Positions 1 to 9,161 of a DNA stretch of 64,000 bases are shown piece by piece; positions within the stretch are counted from its first letter, which is position 1; each line of letters begins with the position of its first letter. Under the pieces are notes generated by a model that was not told the DNA's origin, did not search any database, and saw nothing but the letters and a program-made list of their open reading frames with translations. The stretch comes from an uncultured Phycisphaerales bacterium (lineage in GTDB: Bacteria > Planctomycetota > Phycisphaerae > Sedimentisphaerales > Anaerobacaceae): positions 160,001 through 224,000 of the forward strand of contig CAVYYI010000004.1 in assembly GCA_963772725.1 (NCBI GenBank). Reading direction: 5' to 3'. Both the position numbers and the translations under genes were made by a program.

Positions 1-469
1 GTAAAAATTCGACTATCCGGCATCTAAGATGCCAGTCGCTTATATCGATGTTTGTTTTGAAAATGCCGCTGATATATTTTTCTCGCTCCGCTGTTTTTAT
101 AATCTCTGCCATGCGGTGAAGGACTATCTTTAGATCATCTTCTTTACCGTTTGCTGCATCCAGTATCGCGGCAGTGAATCCGTTCGAGAAGTTACCCTGG
201 TAGTATCTGTCCAGCAGGGATATCGTAAACGGCAGGAAGTCCTCTTGGGTAAAGCCGGATTTGAGGCCTTCTTTATAAATATGTGCAGCAAAATCCGAAA
301 GTATTTTCTGTATCTGCCGGTGATCAATATGTTCTTTATTTTCATACTTAAAATTCTGTACAGCTTTATCAATAGGCTCATCTATCAACCTTTTCAGAAC
401 TCTTTCATCGAGCCTGTCCATTATAGCTTCGATTATTTCCTGCGGCTGTTTAGAAGGCTGTGAACTCAT
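1..469 (-). CDS. Hypothetical protein, runs off the left edge
   Basis: Manual translation from ATG at 469 (MSSQPSKQPQEIIEAIMDRLDERVLKRL...) stays open to position 1; purine-rich RBS upstream. Not in the ORF track. Confidence 0.75.
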   Translation of the reverse strand, partial: MSSQPSKQPQEIIEAIMDRLDERVLKRLIDEPIDKAVQNFKYENKEHIDHRQIQKILSDFAAHIYKEGLKSGFTQEDFLPFTISLLDRYYQGNFSNGFTAAILDAANGKEDDLKIVLHRMAEIIKTAEREKYISGIFKTNIDISDWHLRCRIVEFL

Positions 470-644
470 CGAACCCCCTTTTCTTTGCCTTATTTTTAAT
501 CTGTTCGGGATCGTTTTCGACCAGGTGTCCGGCGTCAATTATAATTTCCCTTCAACGACAGTTATTTTTACCGTTACTTCATAACACTTACCTTAGCTTA
601 TAGCCTTTAGGAGGTGCCCCCCATGGGGGGCAAAATTTCGGACA

Positions 645-1409
645 TTACGTGTCCTTATTTTTCCGTCTCTGAGCTTCCTCAGCTCGGTAGCTCGGTACAT
701 TCAATTCAAGGATCACACTATGATGTACCAGCCGGTCGATCGCTGCTGCAGTGGTCATCGGATCCTTAAAGATGACTTCCCATTTACTGAACGGCAGATT
801 GCTGGTAATCAACACGCTGCCACGTTCATAACAATGAGCTAATAAGGTAAACAGCACCTCCATCTCCTCGCGGTTCTGTTTGACATAGCCGAAGTCATCT
901 ATCATCAATGCCTCGTACTGTGACAGCTTCTTGAGCCATTTGTCCAGCTTCAACTCCTGCTTGGCTCGTAATAACTCCTGCAACATCATATCACACGTAG
1001 TAAAGTAAACCTTTTTTCCCTGCCGGGCAAGTTCATGACAGATACCACACAGTAAATGTGTCTTACCGCTGCCGGGTTTGCCAAATGCAAGAATATTCTC
1101 TGTTCTGTCAACAAATGAACCTTCCAAAAGAATTTTGACCTGCTGACGTATCTTCAACGGCATACGTTTAAAATCAAAGTTTGCCATGGTCTTTTCCATA
1201 GGAAGCTTTGAGGCTTTTACCAGCCTTGCGATTTTATTGGCTCTGCGAACATCACACTCACGCTGAGCCAATTCCAATAGATATTGTGAATAACCCATAT
1301 CTTCGGCGATAGCCTTCTGAGCGAACTCGGCGTAATATTCACGGAACATCGGCAGGTGAAGTTCTTTGAGAAGGTTTACAAGCTGATTATCCAGATCATT
1401 TTTACTCAT
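645..1409 (-). CDS. istB: IS21 helper ATPase IstB
   Basis: Walker A GKPGSGKTH, LMIDDFGY, TSNLPFSKW, AAAIDRLVHHS. Confidence 0.95.
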   Translation of the reverse strand: MSKNDLDNQLVNLLKELHLPMFREYYAEFAQKAIAEDMGYSQYLLELAQRECDVRRANKIARLVKASKLPMEKTMANFDFKRMPLKIRQQVKILLEGSFVDRTENILAFGKPGSGKTHLLCGICHELARQGKKVYFTTCDMMLQELLRAKQELKLDKWLKKLSQYEALMIDDFGYVKQNREEMEVLFTLLAHCYERGSVLITSNLPFSKWEVIFKDPMTTAAAIDRLVHHSVILELNVPSYRAEEAQRRKNKDT

Positions 1410-2893
1410 ACCAGTAGTGCCTCCGCCGATTCAAGTAGACAGTCATAACTGTTCAGATCAATATCGCCAACACAAACGTCAGTGACATCCGGCGGCTGTT
1501 GTTCGGATTTGACTATTTGTTCTACCATATCAAAATCAATCGCATCTGCATGGTTGATCAGGAACCGCAAAGCTTCATTGACAGATGTCTGGCTTTCGTT
1601 GGCAGCTAATTCAAGAATTTTCAGATACTGCTTATTACCCTGCTTCATCCCATGTTGATCACGCAGGAGATCATATGCGATCCTGAACTGACTTGTGGGA
1701 AACATATCATCTTTATAGCAATAGTTCTCAAACGCCCCGGGTTTGCGAACAAGGGTATCTATAACGTGGCGGTAATTGATGTAATGACCGTTTTCACCGT
1801 GTAATCTGGGCAATACTTCAATTCTTCTTTGAGCATACCAGACTTCGATATGTTCGGCATATATTCGAACGTCAACATTTTCTCCCCTAAGCCTGCTGTG
1901 AACAGAATAGCTGTTCTTAAGAACTCGGACCGTGCAGACCACGACTTACCCTGCATTTATCCCTGGTGAAATCTTCATGCCTGCGGGTTGGCAATTGCCG
2001 CAGAACCTTTAACTCTTCGGCCAAGAGTTTTGTGCGGCCGGTATTGAGTTGGTTGAGCAGCTTTTCAAGAAACATTTCATAATCTTTCCTGCTGTTAAAA
2101 TCTCTGCTTCCTCTAAGGATTAACGCCTGTTCAACAGCTCTCTTTAACCTGTGATGACGCTGCTCATATCGCCGTTTTCATTCGGACAGTGAGGCTGGAT
2201 TTTACAGCTTTGGAAACCATAATGATTCGCAAGACCCTGATAGTTAGCCGTGAATTCCTCAGGATTGCCTACCTTGTTAACCGCACAGGTTAAATTATCA
2301 GTCCTATGATAGCGTGGTATGCCGCCTAACTTCCAGAGGGCATTTTGAATACCGGCACTTAAACTTTCATAGCTTTCTGAAAAACATACCGTGACGGTTT
2401 CCCAGTTCGACAAACACAATACAAAATGGTACAGCATGTGAATAAAAGGTATGCCGCAAATGGTGATACCCAGCTTATTCATCCTGGTAAAGTCTGATTC
2501 GCACCATTGGCCGGGTTTATAGATTTGTGGAAAAAACACTTCCTGAGCCGGACCGGACAAGGCTTTCCATTGTTTTACTCGTCTCTGGAAGGTTCTTAAT
2601 TCGCTGTCCTGGTATTTACCGGGATATTCACGCTGCAGAGCCTCAAAAAGCGATTTAGATTCAAGACCGGAGTTGTTTTTGAGGAATTCTTCAACCCATG
2701 GCCAATCCCCTGCAAAGGCATCCGGATGGGTGGGCCAGTCGTGGATAGCTTGGCATTGGCTGGGCAGCACGCCCGTTTTTAAATACTTGCGGGCGGTTTT
2801 AGTGCTTATACCAGCCTTGTCTGCAAGCTGATATAAGGTCTTGCATTTGTTTTTCATAGCGAACAATCTCCTTACCTGTTTGTCTTTAACCAT
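1406..2893 (-). pseudogene. istA: IS21 transposase IstA, broken by a 1-bp deletion (~2165) and a 1-bp insertion (~1938) relative to copy 2; may be sequencing error
   Basis: Fragments 2144-2893 and 1406-1942 match the intact IstA at 19884-21371. Confidence 0.85.
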
Positions 2894-2993
2894 CTGAAAT
2901 CTCCTGACTTAATGAGTTTCAGATAGCATATTCCAACTTTAATTCATCCGGAACTTTTAACTGTCGCCGGAAGGTAAGAATAATTGTCGCTGA

Positions 2994-3848
2994 TCACCTG
3001 GCAGAAGATTCTTTTTTTGTTGCTACGCTGATCTCAAAATTAAGATGCGGTTTTCGAAGACTTTCATGGAATTTTTTCTGCTGGCGAAAAATATCGTCTG
3101 CAAGCGGATCCTTGCAACTTAATGGTTTCAAACTATGGGATACTGCCGGAGCATCAGAAAGTTCATTACCAGAAAGGTCAAATGCGTCAAAATTATTCTC
3201 TGTTTCATATTCATCATCCCAGCTTCGATTAACACTTGCCAGTCGGGCAAGATAGCCGGTATGCGCATGAAGTTGTCTTGAGATATCAATAGGGCTGATT
3301 CGGATGCGTATAATGACGGATTCAGTAATCTTGTCCAGCACCCTGTCAAGCATCAAGTCATCGTTTTTCTCATTAGGTTCAAATGAATCGATTGTGTAAT
3401 AGTAATCTGGGATTTTTGCATTGAAGAAACTATCGTGCAACGGCTGGATAAAATCTTCCCTGCGTACAATTGAGCAGTTCCATTCCAAACCTTTAGGTTC
3501 AAAAAAAGGCCTATCAACTTTTTTGAGTTCATAAAATCTGCTAAGCGTGCTGCCCGTAATAAGATGTTCGATGCTTTTAAGAGTCGAAGCCTCTGCAGAA
3601 TAAAGTTTCAGGTATAATTTCAATCTGCTCTGTTGATCACCTAAGCTCGTTGCAGTATCATAAATAAATAATATTTCTGCAGAAACGCCCGATGGCGGCA
3701 TGTTAGCAATGGTTCGCAATATATGTTCGCAGGCCTGCCAGCTGGCTTTGCGGACATCTCCGCCCGCAACTGCCTGAAACTGAGAAAAACCCGGGTCTGG
3801 AATTTCAGATATCCAGAAAGTTAAGCTTTTAAGCTCGCTACCCATCAA
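2994..3848 (-). pseudogene. Hypothetical protein, 3'-truncated by IS21
   Basis: 284-aa ORF with AGGAG RBS; its TGA stop is the first three bases of the IS21 terminus. Confidence 0.7.
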
Positions 3849-4013
3849 ACACTCCTTTAGAGCATAACCCTTTTAAATCCAAGAAGTTATAGCATAAAAA
3901 TCGTATCGAGTTCCGTTTACGACTTTTTGCTCTAAAGTATATTGGAGGTGAGTGAGGGGAATCTTTCAGGAAAAATAAAAATTTTCAAGAAAATAACAAG
4001 GTTTCTAACGTGT

Positions 4014-7000
4014 TTAATGCTCTCTTGCAAAAATACCCGAAAGCATAAAAAGAAATGCGGGTATCAAAAATATTGCGCAAATTACTTTCCCCGCCTGATA
4101 ATTGCTCATACCGGTCAAATATACTAAAACAGCCATTATAAGTCCACCAACCATTCCTCCCATAAATAGTGCCACAAAGGGGAATCCTAATGCAATTTTA
4201 AATTTTTTATCCGAAGGAAGATGTGAAAACATACCCTTTGGTAATATTGAAGCGATCCAACCTATCTCGAAAAATATGCCAAATATTACACCTGTTAGCA
4301 ATCCTTGGAGGCTGCTTTCTTTGCCTGAGACCCAATTCACCAAAGACTTTATTCCATAAAATATGCCGGCCCCAATAGCAAAAATAACCAATAGAATAAT
4401 TGCAGGCACAATAATCCATTTTACAAATTTAGGCGTTAACAACAACAGATTATCAAAAGCCTTTTTAAATCGTTCGGCTCGTTTTCTTTTACGTTCCAGG
4501 ATGTTTTGAAGCCCTTTTGATATTTGTTGTTCTATAGACTTTGTCTCTGAGGATTGAGGGCATAATTTCAGTGCTTTTCCGCAAACCTCCATCGCATCCT
4601 GAAATTTCTTTTTCTTTAAAAGTCTTTTAGCTAAAATCATCAAAGGTTCGTATTCGTTTGAAGTCTCCGCAATATTGTCTCTTAGCTCATCAATTTCCCT
4701 TAAATTGGCCCACAAATTTTCAGCTTCATTTAATTCCATGGTTGCTTCATCAAATTCGGCTTTATTGCAAAATGTTTTGGCCGACTGTATTTTGTCACGT
4801 ACTTTCTTCTGCTCTGAAATAATTATTGCTATTAGCTCGGAAACATCTTTTGAATCGGGGCATATATTTTGCGACATCTTTGCTTTTTTCAGGGAGTGTT
4901 CTAAATCCTTCTTCTTTTTTGCTGTTTCGGCTTCTTTAAAAATCTGATGATATTGTTCTCTTGAACATTCAAGCAAATTTTTGCAGTCTGACAGTTCCGA
5001 TACAGTTGCCCACATGTACTCAATTTGTCTTAACAGAAACTCTGCCCTATTAAATTCAGCCGACCTTACAGCAGAGGTTGCTTGTTTTAAAAGTTTTTGA
5101 ACCTTTTCCTTGTTAGCATTTATTTGATTTGAAAGTGAATTAGCTACAGGTGAATCCGGACACAATTCCAAAGCCTGGGCGACCTTGCCGGCTGCTTTAG
5201 TTAAATCGCAGGATTTTATAGACAGCTCCGTATCGGTAATCAAATTATCATATGATTTTTTGACTACAGCAAACTTATCCTCTATTTTCAGAACTTCTTT
5301 ATTATCAGCCTGCAGTTTTTTGATTTCGGAAATTTTTTTTCCAACATCTTCAAACTCAGCCCATGAAAGTTGTCGGTAAGCCTGCCGAACTAATTCTTCG
5401 GTCTTTTTAAGTGTTTGCGAAATCTCATTAGAAAGGTTTATTGCATTCCGGCTTTTAGGAGCATATTGTAACGCTATCCTTATATTGGCATCAGCATTTC
5501 TAAGCAATCTCTGTCGGTGCAGTTCTAAAGCCTTGTCAAATGCCTCAGAATATTTTCCCACTCTTTTATGGCAACATTTAAGTAAATTAAGCACGTTGTC
5601 CTGATTTGGCACAAGCTCCAAACACCTTTGAAGCGATTTTTCAGCAATAGTAAATTGAGCTTCATCCATCTGGATTAAGGCATTTTCGACCCCCTTGTTA
5701 ACGTTCTTCAGTAGAATTTCTAAATTACTTATCTTTTCATCTGCTATCCTGTGCCTTGGTATAATATTCAAAATCTCTCGCCAAGCCTTAATTGCTTTTT
5801 CAATTTCACCAGCTTCTCTGAATTTATTTGCCTTAGCTGTTAAAGGGTGAATTTGTTTTTGTTTTTGATTTAAATCCGCAATAAGCTCTTCCGCACGTTT
5901 AGCGCTGTCTCCGGCTCCATCCTTGAACACCAGATCAAGGAGTTCGATAGCCCGTGCTGGGTCTTCATCCTTTAACATTTCAATCTTTTCCATACGCTCC
6001 TTCAGCAAATAATGAGCGGCTACTCCATGCTGTAAGCAGAAAGGACAATTATCCTGATCCAATCTGACACTCCTTGTACAGCGAGGGCATGGACGGAAAA
6101 AATCTTCCGAAAGAGGCTGAAGACATTCTTTACAATCTATCTTTTTGGGATCAATATTAATATGACCGCAATTAGAACATGCAATGTCAACGCTAAGAGC
6201 CCACCCTCTTCTTATATTATCCAGATCTTTGATAAGATATTCAATTTTTGAGTACCTGTTTTCCGGTTCTTTAGCCAGACACCGATCAATAATTGGCTGC
6301 CATGGTTTTAGTTCCTTTTTCAATCTTGGGGGCATTTTATTTAAATGCTGTTCTTTCAATTGTTCCTGTGTGCCTTGAAACGGCGGGCTGCCGTCAAGAA
6401 TTTCAAAAAGGATTATTCCAAGGCTATAAATATCACTGGTTGACTTAATATCTTTAGGACGGTCATTTCTGATTTGTTCGGGACTTGTATAAGGTAAAGT
6501 GCCAATGCTAACAGAATATCCGGGAACGTTTCCACTCAAGAGATTTTCGGGTGTCTGGGATATGCCAAAATCAGTCACCTTAATGGTAACATGTTCCTCA
6601 TTTATACATAAAAGAAAATTCTCTGGCTTGACGTCCATATGCACAATCAGGGGAACATGGATGGCCTGTACGCCCAGGCAGGCTTGTATAAACAAATCCA
6701 CACCTTCGGACATACGGCTTTCAATATCATAGTGTTCTGACAGCCATTTTCGAAAACTACCGCCATTGGCATATTCCATTGGCAATATTGCCAACTTAAG
6801 ACCTTCAAAATTGGCCGGGTGTATATCAAACGACTTTATGACATGTGTAAAATCATTGATTTTACTTCGAGATAAGAATTCCCGACGTAACTGTTCGAAA
6901 GAATCTTCGGCATTTTCATTGTTCAGTACCAACACTTTTATCGCAAGTTCCATCTGCAAAGCCGAATCATAAGCCCGATAAACAGTGCCAACGCTTTTCC

Positions 7001-8144
7001 CGATTTCACCTAATATCCGGTATCTGTCTGCAAGCAGATCGTTTTCCTTGATAGGCAGGTCGAATACAGCAGGATCAGGAGGTGAAAGATAAAACGAATT
7101 CACGACAGAATTTTTGAAATCGTTTAGTCCTGGCAAAACCGGACGAGCATCTTTTTCAAGATATTTCCTGATACTCTCGGCAAACTTTTTCGCATCAATG
7201 TATCTTCTCTTCGGGTCCTTCTCCATGGCTTTTAAGCATAGTTTGCCGAGTTCTTCCGGAATTTGTGGATTTATCGAACGCGGCGGTTTTGGCGTTGCGT
7301 GCTTTATCGCCTCAAATAATTCATGGATAGTTGTTTGGGAAAACGGCAGTTCATCGGTCATAAGCTGATAAAGCAAAATGCCCAGTGAAAACACATCCGT
7401 AGCCAGGGTGATATTGCCGACAGGCGGAATCTGCTCAGGCGCACTGTAGGGAGGAGAACCAACAAAGATATTACTATCAACAGCATCCATTCTGTGACGC
7501 TCAACGGAGATGCCAAAATCAAGTATTTTGGGTTCCAAATTCAAGTCCACCAGAATGTTTGATGGCTTGATATCCCTATGGATAATGTTCTTTTCATGCG
7601 CTATCGAAATGGCATCCAGAACTTTAAGAAAAAGCTCTAACTTTTTTATAAGAGGTTTTGCCGCACAAGCATCAATCAATGGCCTGCCATCAATCCACTC
7701 CATCACAAAAAATCTGATACCCTTCTTTTCTTCTGGCAGATACAAAGTCGCTATATTGGGGTGGTTAAGGCCGCCCATTAGGCGTGCTTCACGCCAGCGA
7801 TCTTCGTTAAGACCCACTTCCTTCGGCAGAAATTTTATCGCCACCCATCGTGCAGCCGAAGACTCTGATGCCTTAAACACTTGCCCCGAACCACCATGAC
7901 TGACTTTCATAACGATATGGTAGCGTTTTGGTAAAAAAGACTGAGCTTGCTTTATTGTAAGACCATGGGGTTCAATTAATAGAGACTTAATCTGAGGTAA
8001 AAGCATTTCATTTTTTCTAATTTCTTCAAACTGTGAACGGCAATCCCCACATTCTGCGAAATGAGCATCAAGTTGAGCTTTCTCATCTTCACTCAATTTA
8101 CCATTAATATAAAGCTCAATCTTTTTTACATCAGGACAAGACAC
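4014..8144 (-). CDS. Multidomain Ser/Thr kinase: N-terminal zf-HC2 anti-sigma finger, two kinase domains, zinc ribbons, TPR-like repeats, C-terminal TM helices
   Basis: C...HFAECGDC; kinase 1 VAIK/HRDIKPSN/DFG/APE; kinase 2 LAIK/HMDVKPEN/DFG/SPE; CSNC, CKEC, CPRC, CPFC; repeated 'ALELCPDS'-like helices; hydrophobic C-terminus. Confidence 0.9.
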   Translation of the reverse strand: MSCPDVKKIELYINGKLSEDEKAQLDAHFAECGDCRSQFEEIRKNEMLLPQIKSLLIEPHGLTIKQAQSFLPKRYHIVMKVSHGGSGQVFKASESSAARWVAIKFLPKEVGLNEDRWREARLMGGLNHPNIATLYLPEEKKGIRFFVMEWIDGRPLIDACAAKPLIKKLELFLKVLDAISIAHEKNIIHRDIKPSNILVDLNLEPKILDFGISVERHRMDAVDSNIFVGSPPYSAPEQIPPVGNITLATDVFSLGILLYQLMTDELPFSQTTIHELFEAIKHATPKPPRSINPQIPEELGKLCLKAMEKDPKRRYIDAKKFAESIRKYLEKDARPVLPGLNDFKNSVVNSFYLSPPDPAVFDLPIKENDLLADRYRILGEIGKSVGTVYRAYDSALQMELAIKVLVLNNENAEDSFEQLRREFLSRSKINDFTHVIKSFDIHPANFEGLKLAILPMEYANGGSFRKWLSEHYDIESRMSEGVDLFIQACLGVQAIHVPLIVHMDVKPENFLLCINEEHVTIKVTDFGISQTPENLLSGNVPGYSVSIGTLPYTSPEQIRNDRPKDIKSTSDIYSLGIILFEILDGSPPFQGTQEQLKEQHLNKMPPRLKKELKPWQPIIDRCLAKEPENRYSKIEYLIKDLDNIRRGWALSVDIACSNCGHINIDPKKIDCKECLQPLSEDFFRPCPRCTRSVRLDQDNCPFCLQHGVAAHYLLKERMEKIEMLKDEDPARAIELLDLVFKDGAGDSAKRAEELIADLNQKQKQIHPLTAKANKFREAGEIEKAIKAWREILNIIPRHRIADEKISNLEILLKNVNKGVENALIQMDEAQFTIAEKSLQRCLELVPNQDNVLNLLKCCHKRVGKYSEAFDKALELHRQRLLRNADANIRIALQYAPKSRNAINLSNEISQTLKKTEELVRQAYRQLSWAEFEDVGKKISEIKKLQADNKEVLKIEDKFAVVKKSYDNLITDTELSIKSCDLTKAAGKVAQALELCPDSPVANSLSNQINANKEKVQKLLKQATSAVRSAEFNRAEFLLRQIEYMWATVSELSDCKNLLECSREQYHQIFKEAETAKKKKDLEHSLKKAKMSQNICPDSKDVSELIAIIISEQKKVRDKIQSAKTFCNKAEFDEATMELNEAENLWANLREIDELRDNIAETSNEYEPLMILAKRLLKKKKFQDAMEVCGKALKLCPQSSETKSIEQQISKGLQNILERKRKRAERFKKAFDNLLLLTPKFVKWIIVPAIILLVIFAIGAGIFYGIKSLVNWVSGKESSLQGLLTGVIFGIFFEIGWIASILPKGMFSHLPSDKKFKIALGFPFVALFMGGMVGGLIMAVLVYLTGMSNYQAGKVICAIFLIPAFLFMLSGIFAREH

Positions 8145-8155
8145 TAATAACGCTC

Positions 8156-8746
8156 CTAATCATCTTTTGCTAAATCAGCTTCTAATTCCCGTATTCTTTT
8201 CAATATTTTGTGTTTGATAACATAAATGCTATCCACTGTTTTGTTAAACTGGGCAGCTACTTCTGAGGGAGTTTTCCCGTGTACCACCAAAAGCTCAAAT
8301 ATCGGAATATCCTTCCGATATTCGCGGCTAACCCTATCAAGGCACTTTGCGAGATCCCTTTCCTGCCATCCATCATCCCATGTTTGTTCTGTGCTTTTAT
8401 CTGCCACTGAGTCCAAGAATGAAGTTCCGGTTGTCTCGTCGGCTACTAATTTTTCCCGGGGGAGGCGTCTTTGAACATCTCGTATCACATTATATGCTAT
8501 GCCAAAAAGCCATTTTCTAAGTTTGCCTTTGCCTTTGCCTCTTATGTATTTTCCTTCACGATACAATTTCACAAATGTCATCAGTGTCTCTTGGGCAGCG
8601 TCTTCTGCGTTGTGATGGGAAAGACCCAATTTAGCTCCAAATTTGACCAGCATAGGATAACGATCTTCGCTGAGCATATTCCATGCATCTTCCTTACCGG
8701 CGATTAACTCATTTAACAAAATTGTTGTGGTAACCCATTCCTTCAT
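8156..8746 (-). CDS. ECF-type RNA polymerase sigma-70 factor
   Basis: Region 2 AEDAAQETL...KLRKWLFGIAYN; region 4 PSEVAAQF...SIYVIKHKILKRIR; directly upstream of the zf-HC2 kinase. Confidence 0.9.
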   Translation of the reverse strand: MKEWVTTTILLNELIAGKEDAWNMLSEDRYPMLVKFGAKLGLSHHNAEDAAQETLMTFVKLYREGKYIRGKGKGKLRKWLFGIAYNVIRDVQRRLPREKLVADETTGTSFLDSVADKSTEQTWDDGWQERDLAKCLDRVSREYRKDIPIFELLVVHGKTPSEVAAQFNKTVDSIYVIKHKILKRIRELEADLAKDD

Positions 8747-8901
8747 TATAAACCCTTAGAGCTAATACACTAATGATAACAAAATAAGGACAGAATAACA
8801 ACCCTTTAAACCCGCATCGGGAATGCACGATTTTTTGTTTCTACTATTCTGAAATCTATTCTTAACCATCACATGCCCTATTAATTAAGGCGTTTACGAA
8901 T

Positions 8902-9126
8902 TTGGTCATCCGTCCATATCATTTTAGCTGGGAGCGTGGCACCAATGAAACCACTAACGGCCTGCTGTGTCAGTTCTTTCCGAAGGGCGTAGATTTTGAT
9001 CGGATCAGTCAATCGGATGTTGACAGAGCGGTGGAACTATTGAATGATCAACCACGAAAGTGCTTGAACTATCGTACCCCGACAGAGGTCTTCTGGAGCA
9101 AACCTATGTGTTGCGATTCAGATTAA
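8902..9126 (+). pseudogene. IS30-family transposase C-terminal remnant
   Basis: PYHFSWERGTNETTNGLL...FFPKG...LN..PRKCLNYRTP matches the IS30 C-terminal signature; the N-terminus is absent. Confidence 0.85.
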
Positions 9127-9161
9127 ATTTTGGGCTATTTTTTACAAGTCTTTTTACGACT

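Larger units (their letters stand above)
526..2996 (-). mobile_element. IS21-family insertion sequence, copy 1 (2471 bp)
   Basis: TG...CA ends with imperfect terminal IRs (TGATCAGCGACAATTAT / TGTCCGGCGTCAATTAT); istA-istB; near-identical to 19781-22251. Confidence 0.95.

Noticed and set aside
521..3001. CCAGG/CCTGG as the TSD of IS21 copy 1, rejoining ORF 2994-3848 in frame with ORF 1-469
   Set aside because: One mismatch in 5 bp; an in-frame join has a 1-in-3 chance; ORF 1-469 has its own RBS. Not excluded, but unsupported.
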